Shown: positions 18,515 to 27,508 of the stretch, piece by piece
Numbering within the stretch: the first letter of the stretch is position 1
How the letters are laid out: each line of letters begins with the position of its first letter
DNA from: Candidatus Multivoradales bacterium
Lineage (GTDB): Bacteria; Acidobacteriota; Thermoanaerobaculia; Multivoradales; JAHEKO01
Assembly: GCA_965223855.1 (NCBI GenBank)
Contig: CBDCXM010000009.1
Coordinates: forward strand, 2,944,001 to 3,008,000
Length of the DNA stretch: 64,000 bases
Direction of reading: 5' to 3'
Translations under genes and position numbers: made by a program
The notes under the pieces: generated by a model
The model's database searches: none
The model's input: only the letters and a program-made list of their open reading frames with translations
Told to the model about the DNA's origin: nothing

Positions 18515-19927
18515 TCAGTCGCTCCCCGGGAGGATTTTCCCGGGATTGAGGATTCCCAGTGGGTCGAAGCATCGCTTGATCCCGTCCAGGAGCCCGAGCG
18601 CGGACTCGTCGAGAGCGGTGGTCAGGTGTCGGCGCTGCGTCCAGCCGATTCCGTGCTCGCCGGTGACCGCACCTCCCAGAGCGAGGACCCCGGCGACGAG
18701 GGCATCCTCGGCGGCCGTCCGGCGCAGCTCCCACTCGGAATCGGGCAGATCTCCCCGCAGCAGATTGACGTGCAGATTGCCGTCGCCGGCGTGTCCGTAG
18801 CAGACCGCAACCAATCGCTGCCCGCCCGCGGCGCGGTACGCCAAGGCCGCCAACTCTCCGACCCGGCTGCGCGGTACGACGGCATCGACCTCCTTGTAGC
18901 TCGATCGCTTCCGAACCGCGGGTGCCACACCCTCCCGCAGGTTCCACAACCTGCGCCTGTCCCGGGGATCCACTGCGACAGCGGACTCCGAGGCGCCGGT
19001 CGCGACGGCGATCTGCTGCGCCGCTTCGAGAAGGGCCTCGTCCTCCTCCCCGTCGAGGTCGAGGAGCAGCAGGCTCGACGCCTCGGGCAGCACGCTCACG
19101 TCGAGGTCCTCGCGGACCAGTGTCAGGGCGCTCTCGTCGAGCAGCTCGCAGGCCGCCACGTCGACCTCCCCGGAGAAGCACGCAGGGACGGCGCCGGCGG
19201 CCACCGCCACCGAAGGGAAGCCGAGCGCGACGGTAAGGCGCGCCCGCGGCGGTCTGATCAGGCGCAGCGTAGCGGCGGTGAGCACCGCCAGCGTGCCTTC
19301 GGATCCCACCAGCAGCTGGGTCAGATCGTAGCCGGTGGCGTCCTTGCGATTGCGCCCGCCGGTGTCGAGCAGCGATCCATCGGCCAGGACCGCTTCGAGG
19401 CCGAGGACGTATCGACGCGTCGTGCCGTAGAGGCACGAGTGGGGGCCGGCGGAGTCCTCGGCGAGGTTTCCTCCGAGCAGGCAGGTCTCCCTGCTGGCGG
19501 GGTCGGGAGGGTAGTAGAGCCCCCTCTCGGCCGCGGCCCGCTGGAGATCCGCGGTGCGCACTCCTGCCTCGACGATGGCGACCTGATCGTCGGCGTCGAT
19601 CTCGCGGATGCGGTTCATCCGCTCGAGCGACAGCGCCACGCCGCCATGCACCGGCAAGGCACCGCCCGAGAGGCCGGTGCGGGCGCCCTGGGGGGTCACC
19701 GGAATCCGGTAGTGCGAGGCCCAACCGAGGAGATCCGCGACCTCTTCGCGGCTTTCCGGCCACGCCACGACCGCGGGAGGAAAGCAGTGAGTTTCGGTCT
19801 CGTCCCGGCCGTAGCCGTCGAGACGGTCAGCCTCGGTGGAGTAGGAGTCTGCCGGTATCAGGCTCGACAGCTCCGCGAGCGCCTCGGCGGAGACGGTGGT
19901 CGTCGGCGCTGGCGGTACGTCCGACAC
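18515..19927 (-). CDS. FAD-linked oxidase, GlcD / D-2-hydroxyacid dehydrogenase family
   Basis: GARTGLSGG, YPPDPAS, LGGN, GSEGTL, GHAGDGNLH, TGEHGIG, DPLGILNPGK. GTG start inferred. Confidence 0.88.
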   Translation of the reverse strand: MSDVPPAPTTTVSAEALAELSSLIPADSYSTEADRLDGYGRDETETHCFPPAVVAWPESREEVADLLGWASHYRIPVTPQGARTGLSGGALPVHGGVALSLERMNRIREIDADDQVAIVEAGVRTADLQRAAAERGLYYPPDPASRETCLLGGNLAEDSAGPHSCLYGTTRRYVLGLEAVLADGSLLDTGGRNRKDATGYDLTQLLVGSEGTLAVLTAATLRLIRPPRARLTVALGFPSVAVAAGAVPACFSGEVDVAACELLDESALTLVREDLDVSVLPEASSLLLLDLDGEEDEALLEAAQQIAVATGASESAVAVDPRDRRRLWNLREGVAPAVRKRSSYKEVDAVVPRSRVGELAALAYRAAGGQRLVAVCYGHAGDGNLHVNLLRGDLPDSEWELRRTAAEDALVAGVLALGGAVTGEHGIGWTQRRHLTTALDESALGLLDGIKRCFDPLGILNPGKILPGSD

Positions 19928-19964
19928 GGCGTCGGTATCGTATAGAAGCCCGAATGGAGGAACG

Positions 19965-20762
19965 ATGACCACTCGAACTCTCTCGCCAAGAACGATGCTC
20001 GGCCTGCTCCTTGCCGTCACCCCCTGGATCGCCGTCGCGGGCTGGGCGCAGGCACCGGCGCCTGATGCAGGCACCGATTGGAACGCCGACTGGAACGCCG
20101 TGCTGTCGATGCACTGGGAAGACGGCGGCCTCGACTATGCCGCTCTCGCTTCGGATCGAGCCCCGCTCGATCGTTACCTCGGGAGACTGCGCGACACCGA
20201 TGCCGGAGGCCTGAGCGACGACGAGGAACTCGCCTTCTGGATCAACGCCTACAACGCCGTCACGGTTCACCATGTGCTCGAGCGCTATCCCGGCATCGAG
20301 TCGGTGAGGAACGTCGACGGCTTTTTCGACGAGCTCATGTTCGAGGTAGCGGGAGAGAACCTGACGCTCGACGAGATCGAGGACAAGGCGCTCGAGTCCG
20401 GAGATGAGAGGGTTCACTTCGCCGTCGTTTGCGCCTCCACCAGCTGCCCTGAATTGAGGCACGAGGCATACGACGGCTCGCGCCTCGAAGCTCAGCTCGC
20501 CGACCAGACCACGCAGTTCCTCGCGGATACCGGGAAGGGACTGCGCTACGACGCCGAAGACGAGCGTCTCTACCTCTCTTCGATCTTCAAGTGGTACGCG
20601 GGCGACTTCACCGGCGGCAGCACCGTGGTCGCGTTCTTCGCGCGCGGCAAGGTGATCGACTGGCTGTTGCCGCGGCTGCCGGAGGCGCTCGCGAGCCGCA
20701 TCCGCGCCGACGATCCTTCGGTCAGTTACATGGACTACGATTGGAGCCTCAACGACCGTTGA
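19965..20762 (+). CDS. DUF547 domain-containing exported protein
   Basis: Signal peptide, LAFWINAYNA, TLDEIE, RVHFAVVCASTSCP, LSSIFKWY, YDWSLN; GGAGG SD. Confidence 0.88.
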   Translation: MTTRTLSPRTMLGLLLAVTPWIAVAGWAQAPAPDAGTDWNADWNAVLSMHWEDGGLDYAALASDRAPLDRYLGRLRDTDAGGLSDDEELAFWINAYNAVTVHHVLERYPGIESVRNVDGFFDELMFEVAGENLTLDEIEDKALESGDERVHFAVVCASTSCPELRHEAYDGSRLEAQLADQTTQFLADTGKGLRYDAEDERLYLSSIFKWYAGDFTGGSTVVAFFARGKVIDWLLPRLPEALASRIRADDPSVSYMDYDWSLNDR

Positions 20763-20769
20763 GGCTTCG

Positions 20770-21568
20770 ATGATCCCCGAGCTCATCCAGATTGGTCCGT
20801 TCAGCATCAGCCCGTTCGGGCCGGCGATGGTGGTCGCGTTTCTCGTGGCCTGGGCGCAGCTCCGTTGGGGCCTGCGGCAGGTAGATCTGTTCGACGAAGA
20901 GAACGCCAGTGCCCTCCTGCTCGCCGCCGGCGTCGGCGGAGTCCTCGGTGCCAAGCTCTATTACACCGCGCTCTACGGCGACTGGTCGCTGCTGTTCTCC
21001 CGCTCCGGTCTCGTCTGGTACGGCGGACTGATCGGCGGCACGCTGGCCGTTCTGTGGACCGCACGCAAGCGCGGTCTTGCCGATGCTGCCCGTGGCCGAC
21101 GTCGGGACTGCCGCGGTGGCGGCCGGGTACGGCGTCGGCCGGATCGGCTGCTTCCTCGTCGGCGACGACTACGGCATCGCGACCCGGCTGCCCTGGGGGG
21201 TCGCCTTCCCATACGGCCTCCCTTACCCCACGACGGCGGAGATGATGGAGCCTTTCGGGGGCGCTCTGCCGCCGGGTGCCAGCGGCGCGGAACTCGTGCC
21301 GGTCCACCCGACGCAGCTCTACGAGACGCTCGCGGCGTTCGCCATCCTCTGGCTGTGCCGGCGGCTGTTGCAGAGAGGATCGGAGCCCGGTCTGACGGCG
21401 ACGGTCGGATTGAGCCTCCTCTCCCTCGAGCGCTTCCTCGTCGAGTTCGTCCGCGCGAAGGACGACCGTCTCCTCGGCACCTTCACCCTCGCGCAGGGGA
21501 TCAGCGTCCTCGTCATCGCGCTCCTGTTGTGGCTGTGGAGCCGCCGCCGGCGCTTGGCACCGGCCTGA
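20770..21568 (+). pseudogene. lgt: Prolipoprotein diacylglyceryl transferase, frameshifted near 21077 (probable sequencing error)
   Basis: N-half (GAKLYY, GLVWYGGLIGG) and C-half (GRIGCFLVGDDYG, HPTQLYE, RFLVEFVR) are in different frames. Removing one T at 21077-21078 gives a continuous 265 aa protein. Confidence 0.88.
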
Positions 21569-21572
21569 GGCC

Positions 21573-22334
21573 ATGGCGTCCCTGCTGCTCGTCGGCTCGA
21601 CCGATTCGAGTGGCGGTGCCGGACTCGGCGCCGATTGGTCCGCCGCGATCGAAGGCGGTCACTTCGGACCTCGCCTGGCCGTTTCGGCAGTGACGGTGCA
21701 GGACGCCGATCGCTGGACCGAAGTCGAGCCGGTTTCGGGACGCCTCCTCGAGAGACAGCTCGAGGCGGCCGGCGAACCGGCGGCCGTCAAGATCGGCCTC
21801 CTCGGCGCGGCAGAGCATGTCTCGATCGTCGCGGCGTGGCTCTCGACCCGTCGGATCCCGTCGGTCTTCGACCCGGTCCTTGCGACTTCGGCCGGTGCGC
21901 GGCTCGCGAGCGACGACACCGTAGCCGCCGTGGTGAGCGAGCTGCTGCCGGCGGTGACTGTGGCGACCCCCAATCGCCCCGAATGCAGAGCGCTGGCGAA
22001 GGTCGCCGGGATTGGACACGAAACCGCCGAAGCGTCGGCCGCCGCGTTGACCTCGCTCGGATGCGCGGTTCTGCTGAAGGGTGGGCATCAGTCGAGCCCG
22101 GAGTCGATCGATCTGCTGTTCACTCCTGGCGGTCGCGAGCCCGTGCGCTACGTGTACCCGAGGAGACACGCCCGTCCTGTGCGAGGCACAGGCTGTCGAC
22201 TGGCGGCTGGAATTGCGATCGCTCTGGCACGGGGAGAGACGCTCACCGATGCCGTGGAGGTGGCGGGCAAGGCCCTCCAGGAGGCCTGGAGTCGCGGTTC
22301 CCTTCCGGAAGCAGCGGAGAAGGAGCCGTCCTGA
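21573..22334 (+). CDS. thiD: Hydroxymethylpyrimidine/phosphomethylpyrimidine kinase-like protein
   Basis: DSSGGAG..AD, VTVQ, AVKIGLL, DPVL, TPN..E, LLKGGH, GTGC. Confidence 0.8.
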   Translation: MASLLLVGSTDSSGGAGLGADWSAAIEGGHFGPRLAVSAVTVQDADRWTEVEPVSGRLLERQLEAAGEPAAVKIGLLGAAEHVSIVAAWLSTRRIPSVFDPVLATSAGARLASDDTVAAVVSELLPAVTVATPNRPECRALAKVAGIGHETAEASAAALTSLGCAVLLKGGHQSSPESIDLLFTPGGREPVRYVYPRRHARPVRGTGCRLAAGIAIALARGETLTDAVEVAGKALQEAWSRGSLPEAAEKEPS

Positions 22335-22425
22335 GCCTCGGGAGGCACGAGAGTTGCTTTCAACTGTGAACGTAGGTCCTGGAAGGCTGGCCTCGGCCCG
22401 CCGATCGAACCGAAGGAGTCACCCA

Positions 22426-24066
22426 ATGCCGACGATCTCTCGCTCCGCAGCTCTCGCGAGCGCCCTGCTGCTGGCCTGGGCGGCTCATCACCCCTCGACG
22501 GCCCAGGAAGCGACGCCTTCCGAAGGAGCGCCGTTCTCCGAGGTCGTCGACGTCCGGGTGGTCAACCTGGAGGTCGTCGTGACCGACCGCGACGGCGTTC
22601 CGGTGCGGGGGCTCGGACCTGACGATCTGGTGCTCGAAGTCGATGGGGAGGAGACCTCGATCGACTACTTCACCGAGGTCCAGGGCGGGCGAGCCGTCAC
22701 CACGGGATCGGGAGGCGGCTCGGCCCTGCCCACCGTGCCGGCGATCGTCAAAGGGGAGGCCCTGGAGACCAGCTACCTGGTCTTCATCGACGACTACTTC
22801 GCCTTCGAGGACGACCGGAATCGCGCCCTCGACGGCATCGTCGCCGACCTCGGCCTCCTCGGCGAAGGTGACCGCATGGCTGTGGTCGCCTTCGACGGGC
22901 GCCGGATCGACATGCTGTCGAGTTGGAGCCGCTCCGTTCTCGAGCTCGAGCGGGTCTTCGAGGATGCGCGACGTCGCCCGGCTCGCGGCCTCCAGAGGCT
23001 CGCCGAGCTGCGCCAGCTCGAGGTCGGGGCACCGGCACGGCCCCTCGGCCTCGCCGAGCGGGTCGACCCGGAGACGAAGGCGTTCGTCCTGCGACTCGCC
23101 GACCAGGTCGACCGGCTGGTCGACGGAGCCGCTGCCACGATGCGCGGCTTCGCCATGCCGCCGGGCCGCAAGGTCCTGCTGCTGGTGACCGGCGGCTGGC
23201 CCTACCGGCCGACCGAGTTCGTGACCGGCGACCCCGTCGTGCGGACCGAGCTCGCGCTCGCCGAGGGGGAAGAGCTCTTCGCCCCGCTGGCGGACACCGC
23301 CAATCTCCTCGGATACACGATCTACCCGATCGACACCTCGGGTCACGGTACCCGCTGGACGGAGGCGCCGGGTGCCGCGAGTCGGGCGACGCCGGGTAAC
23401 AGCGACCTGGCCTTCTATCGCCGCACCGAGCGTCAGAACAGCTCCCGATTCGTAGCCAGGGCGACAGGGGGCAGAGCGCTCTTCTTCGACGACGCCGAGC
23501 AGGGCTTCGCGCAGGCCGTCGCCGACACCCGCTCCTTTTACTGGCTCGGCTTCACGCCCCAACGCTCCTGGGACGACGAAGAGCACGAGATCTCCGTCCG
23601 TGCGCGCAGCCGGGATCTCGAGGTGCGCTCCCGGGAGAGCTTCCTCGACAGTTCGCGATCGGCGGAGGTGACGATGCAGGTGGAGAGCGCCCTGCTCTTC
23701 GGCTCGCTCTACGAGGCTCCGGAGCTCGAGGTCACGGTCGGTGAGTGGCGCAAGGCCGGCTTCCGCAAGATGGAATTGCCCCTGACCCTCAGCCTTCCGC
23801 TCTCCGCTCTCACGTTCATCGAGAGCGGCGACCGTCTGGTCGCCGAGGTCGAGGTCAGGCTCGCCGTGCAGGACGAACTCTCCAACCGCGCGGCGGTGCC
23901 GGTGATCCCGCTCCGACTCGAATCTCCCGGCCGGCCGGGTGCGGAGGAGCAGTGGAGGTACACGGTTCCGCTCAAGCTGCGGCGCAAGCCGCACGACGCG
24001 CTCGTCGCGGTCTACGATGTCGGCAGTGGTAGAATCCTCACGTCGGGAGTCGAGATCCGGCCATAG
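22426..24066 (+). CDS. Exported VWA-domain protein (VWFA-related acidobacterial type)
   Basis: Signal peptide, FSEVVDVRVVNLEVVVTDRDG, PGRKVLLLVTGG, IYPID, ATGGRA, YWLGF; AAGGAG SD. Confidence 0.8.
   Translation: MPTISRSAALASALLLAWAAHHPSTAQEATPSEGAPFSEVVDVRVVNLEVVVTDRDGVPVRGLGPDDLVLEVDGEETSIDYFTEVQGGRAVTTGSGGGSALPTVPAIVKGEALETSYLVFIDDYFAFEDDRNRALDGIVADLGLLGEGDRMAVVAFDGRRIDMLSSWSRSVLELERVFEDARRRPARGLQRLAELRQLEVGAPARPLGLAERVDPETKAFVLRLADQVDRLVDGAAATMRGFAMPPGRKVLLLVTGGWPYRPTEFVTGDPVVRTELALAEGEELFAPLADTANLLGYTIYPIDTSGHGTRWTEAPGAASRATPGNSDLAFYRRTERQNSSRFVARATGGRALFFDDAEQGFAQAVADTRSFYWLGFTPQRSWDDEEHEISVRARSRDLEVRSRESFLDSSRSAEVTMQVESALLFGSLYEAPELEVTVGEWRKAGFRKMELPLTLSLPLSALTFIESGDRLVAEVEVRLAVQDELSNRAAVPVIPLRLESPGRPGAEEQWRYTVPLKLRRKPHDALVAVYDVGSGRILTSGVEIRP
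24027..24035 (+). promoter_or_regulatory. Extended -10 (TGgTAGAAT) inside the 3' end of VWA gene 1; candidate promoter for VWA gene 2
   Basis: TG-n-TAGAAT formed with an AGA codon that is rare in these GC-rich genes, about 110 nt upstream of ATG 24147. Confidence 0.45.
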
Positions 24067-24146
24067 TGCTCCGCCGATCTCACCTCCGTCCCTCCCCGGG
24101 CCGAGCCCCCAAGACAACCCACGTTTTCCACCGGAAGAGAACGACG

Positions 24147-25870
24147 ATGTTCAAACTTCGCTCTACCCTCGCTTGCCTCCTGTTGCTGATGACGGCGCCG
24201 TTGGCGGCCCAGGAACCCGCACCCGCAGAACTGCCCGAGGATGCCGGCCCGAGAGAGTTCTTCGACACCTTCGACGTCAACCTCGTGAATCTGGAGGTGT
24301 TCGTCACCGACAAGCAGGGCAACCCGATCACCGGCCTGACGAAGGACGACTTCGAGATCCTGGAGGACGGCCGGCCGGTGACGATCACCAACTTCTACAC
24401 GGTCGAGGACGGCGTGCCGAGTGCAGCCGCCGAACCGGTGGAGGTCGCGCAGGCGGCCCTCGAGCTCGAGGACGGACTCCCCGGCCAGCTGCAGAAGATC
24501 GAGATTCCGGAGGACCAGCGGCTCTACCTGATCGTCTACATCGACAACTTCAACATCCGTCCGTTCAACCGCAACCGAGTGTTCCGCCGGCTCCGCGAGT
24601 TCCTCACCGACAAGCTGGGGCCGGACGACAGGGTGATGCTCGTCTCCTACGATCGCTCGCTTCACTACCGGCACCCGTTCACGAGCGACCCCGAGCTGAT
24701 CGCCCGGGCCACGTTCGAGCTCGAGGAGATGTCGGGCCATGCGGTGCATGCCGACTCGGATCGTCGCGACATCCTCCGCGAGATCGCAGAAGCGGAGTCG
24801 GTCGGCGAAGTCGAGTGGCGGGTGAGGACGTTCGCCGAGTCGCAGTTCAACGACCTGAGCTTCTCGGTCGGGGCGATGGAAGAACTGATCGACAGTCTCG
24901 CCGGCCTGCCGGGACGCAAGGCGATGCTCTATGTCAGTGACGGTCTGCCGGCGAGCGCGGGCGAAGACATGTTCTACGCCATGCATCGACAGTTCAAGGA
25001 CAGCATCTCGCTGACGACCGCGATGGAATTCAACGCCAGCAAACTCTTCGGCGCGCTGACCAACAAGGCGAACGCAACCGGGTCACCTTCTACACGATCG
25101 ATGCCGCCGGCCTCCGTGTATCGGGCGGGGTGACGGCCGAAGTGGCAACCGCGGGTGAGGCGGGACTGGCCGGGTTCATCGACTCGGTCTACGTCGGCAA
25201 CCTGCAGGCGCCGCTGCTGAGAATGGCGGAGGAGACGGGCGGGCAGGCGATCATCAACGCCAACGACGTCGGCGATGGGCTGAGCCGGTTCGCTACCGAC
25301 TTCCGCACCTACTACTCGCTCGGCTACGTGCCGGCCCACAGCGGCGACGGGCGCTACTACGAGGTCGAGGTGCGCCTGAAAGAGAAGCAGAAAGGCGTGA
25401 AGATCCGGCATCGCGCCGGCTACCGCGACAAGCCGATGAACACCCGGATGAGCGACGGGGCCATGGCGACCCTGGTCTACGACTTCCAGGACAACCCGCT
25501 CGACGTTCGCATCGAGATCGAGAGCATGCGGCCGGACGACGGGGATCCCGGGAAGTACTCGCTCGTGGACGTGCTGGTCGCCATCCCGATCTCGCAGCTC
25601 GAGCTGGTCGAGATCGGCGAGGTCAACGTGGCGCAGACCAAACTGTTCCTGGCCGCGATGGACTCGGAGGGAGGGACTTCCGACGTGTCCGAGGTGCCGA
25701 TCAACTTGAGGATTCCCAACGGCGAAGTCGACACGGCACGCGACCAGCTCTACCCCTACCGGGTGACTCTCCGCATGCGGCGAGGGCCGCATCGGCTGGC
25801 GGTCGGTTTCGTCGACGAGATCGGCTCTGAGCGTTCCTTCGTCAGCCGCAGCTTCACGGTCGGCAGTTGA
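24147..25870 (+). pseudogene. Second exported VWA-domain protein, frameshifted near 25075 (probable sequencing error)
   Basis: VNLVNLEVFVTDKQG and LPGRKAMLYVSDG in one frame; NRVTFYTIDAAGL, ETGGQA, YYSLGY, IRHRAGY in another. Adding one base at 25075 gives 574 aa. Confidence 0.8.
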
Positions 25871-26292
25871 TGGCGGGCCGCCGCTGGAGGGAGCGGATCG
25901 CCGACGTCGGCTCGGCGCTGCTCGACGTCTGGCGGGCGGAACTGGCGTCGCTGGCGGAGGAGCTGAGAGCCTCGGGCCGGAACCTCAAGGGCGGCGTCGT
26001 CCTCCTCTGCCTCTCGGGAGCACTCCTTTTCTGGACACTCGGCCTCCTGGTGTGGACCGTGCTGGCGCTGCTCGAGACCTGGCTCGAGGAGTGGCAGGCG
26101 GGCCTGGTGCTCTTCGCCGTCCTCGCCGTCGCGACGCTGTGCTCGTTCCTTGCGGCGAGAGCACGCCTGCGCCGCGCCGAGAATCCCGTCGCCATGGTTC
26201 GCCGCCGTGGCCGGGAGCACGGCGAGTGGGTGCAGCGCAATCTGCTGGGTGGCGGCGAGGGAGACACCGACTCCGACGGGCCCGAGGCATGA
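25870..26292 (+). CDS. YqjE-like (phage holin family annotation) two-TM membrane protein
   Basis: RAELASLAEELR amphipathic segment followed by two TM helices and a basic tail; ATG overlaps the upstream TGA. Confidence 0.6.
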   Translation: MAGRRWRERIADVGSALLDVWRAELASLAEELRASGRNLKGGVVLLCLSGALLFWTLGLLVWTVLALLETWLEEWQAGLVLFAVLAVATLCSFLAARARLRRAENPVAMVRRRGREHGEWVQRNLLGGGEGDTDSDGPEA

Positions 26293-26507
26293 GCCGCGAC
26301 GAACTCGTTCGCTCCCGCCGGCGCGCCGTCACCGCACTGGAGGACCTGCGCTCCGGGCTCGAGGGCTCTCTGGGGTTGCGCTGGAAGCGCGCGGCGTGGA
26401 CCGGGCTGGCCGCCGCGTTCTGTGTCGGCGTCGCTCTCGGCGGCAGGTGGCTGGCGAAGAGAGCCCGCTCCGGCAGTGCCGGCGGGAGAGACGCACCCGG
26501 CTCCTGA
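26289..26507 (+). CDS. Small hypothetical membrane protein
   Basis: ATGA overlap with the previous gene; N-terminal helix and one C-terminal TM segment followed by basic residues. Confidence 0.55.
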   Translation: MSRDELVRSRRRAVTALEDLRSGLEGSLGLRWKRAAWTGLAAAFCVGVALGGRWLAKRARSGSAGGRDAPGS

Positions 26508-26523
26508 GACGGAGCCGTACAGG

Positions 26524-26715
26524 CTAGGAGTGTTCCGCCGGCCGCTTGAAGACCATGGCGATGTTGTCCGTCGCCCCGCTCTTGAAGTTCACCGACGTGA
26601 TGGACACCAGCTCCCACCCCTCGCTGCCGAGCCGATTCATCGCCTCCGCCGCGTTCGGATCGAGCCGATAGTTCTCGCTGCGGATGTTGATGATCTTGTA
26701 CTCCCATGCGGTCAT
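26524..26715 (-). CDS. DUF4177 domain protein
   Basis: WEYK...NRLGSEGWELVS...FKRP. Confidence 0.85.
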   Translation of the reverse strand: MTAWEYKIINIRSENYRLDPNAAEAMNRLGSEGWELVSITSVNFKSGATDNIAMVFKRPAEHS

Positions 26716-26827
26716 CGACGCACCCCCTTTTCGGGTCGCCCGTTTCGATCGTCTGAAGCGGGAGTTCCCGATCAGTCTATCGCACGGCCTCGTCGCAACC
26801 GCTTGCAGACCAACGCCGGCAGCGCGT

Positions 26828-26833
26828 TAGCAT
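26828..26833 (+). promoter_or_regulatory. Putative -10 box TAGCAT (leaderless start)
   Basis: 6 nt upstream of GTG 26840; no SD; TTGCAG lies 19 nt further upstream. Confidence 0.5.
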
Positions 26834-26839
26834 CACCCC

Positions 26840-27508
26840 GTGAGCGCCCGCCCGATCGTCCTCCTGTACACGAAACCCGCGGTCCCCGGCCGCGTCAAGA
26901 CCCGCCTGATCGGGACGGTGACATCCGAGCAGGCGGCTCAGTTGCACGCCGCGTTCCTCGAAGACGTCACGATGACTCTCGAAGGGACCAGTGCCGAGCT
27001 GCAGATCGCCTGGGCTCTGGAGGACGGGGAGTCCCTGCCCGAAACTTCCCATCCAGGCTTCCGGCAGGAGGGCCAAGGGCTGGGTGAGAGGCTCTGGAAC
27101 GGGCTGTCGCTGGCTGCCGAGAGGGCTCCCCTGGTGGCCGCGGTGGGAAGCGATCATCCCGAGATGCCGGCGAGTCGGCTGGAAGAGGCCTTTCGCCGGC
27201 TCCGCGGCGGCGCCGATGTCGTCCTGGGGCCGGCGGAGGACGGAGGCTACTACCTCGTCGCGGTCCGCCGGGAGGGGCTTCGGCAAGAGCTCTTCGACGG
27301 TATCCCGTGGAGCACGAGCGGGGTACTCGCCGCCACCCTCGAACGAGCCGATGCGCTCGGCCTGTCGGTCGAACTCCTGGAAGAGGGTACGGACGTCGAC
27401 GACGCCGCCGATCTCGAGCGCCTCGCGGCGCTGCTTGCCACCGAGCCGGCGCTGTGCCCGTCGACGTCGAGGCTGTTGCAGGGATGGCGCGAGGGGAGTC
27501 GCCGATGA
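26840..27508 (+). CDS. TIGR04282/DUF2064 family transferase
   Basis: KPAVPGRVKTRL, QEGQGLGERL, GSDHP, VLGPAEDGGYYL, IPWST, DVDDAADL. Confidence 0.88.
   Translation: MSARPIVLLYTKPAVPGRVKTRLIGTVTSEQAAQLHAAFLEDVTMTLEGTSAELQIAWALEDGESLPETSHPGFRQEGQGLGERLWNGLSLAAERAPLVAAVGSDHPEMPASRLEEAFRRLRGGADVVLGPAEDGGYYLVAVRREGLRQELFDGIPWSTSGVLAATLERADALGLSVELLEEGTDVDDAADLERLAALLATEPALCPSTSRLLQGWREGSRR

Noticed and set aside
21060-25090. Programmed ribosomal frameshifting or phase variation at the lgt and VWA breaks
   Set aside because: No slippery heptamer, long homopolymer or simple repeat at either site.
25870-26292. Holin as evidence of a prophage
   Set aside because: No endolysin, structural or integrase genes nearby; YqjE-like proteins are common chromosomal membrane proteins.
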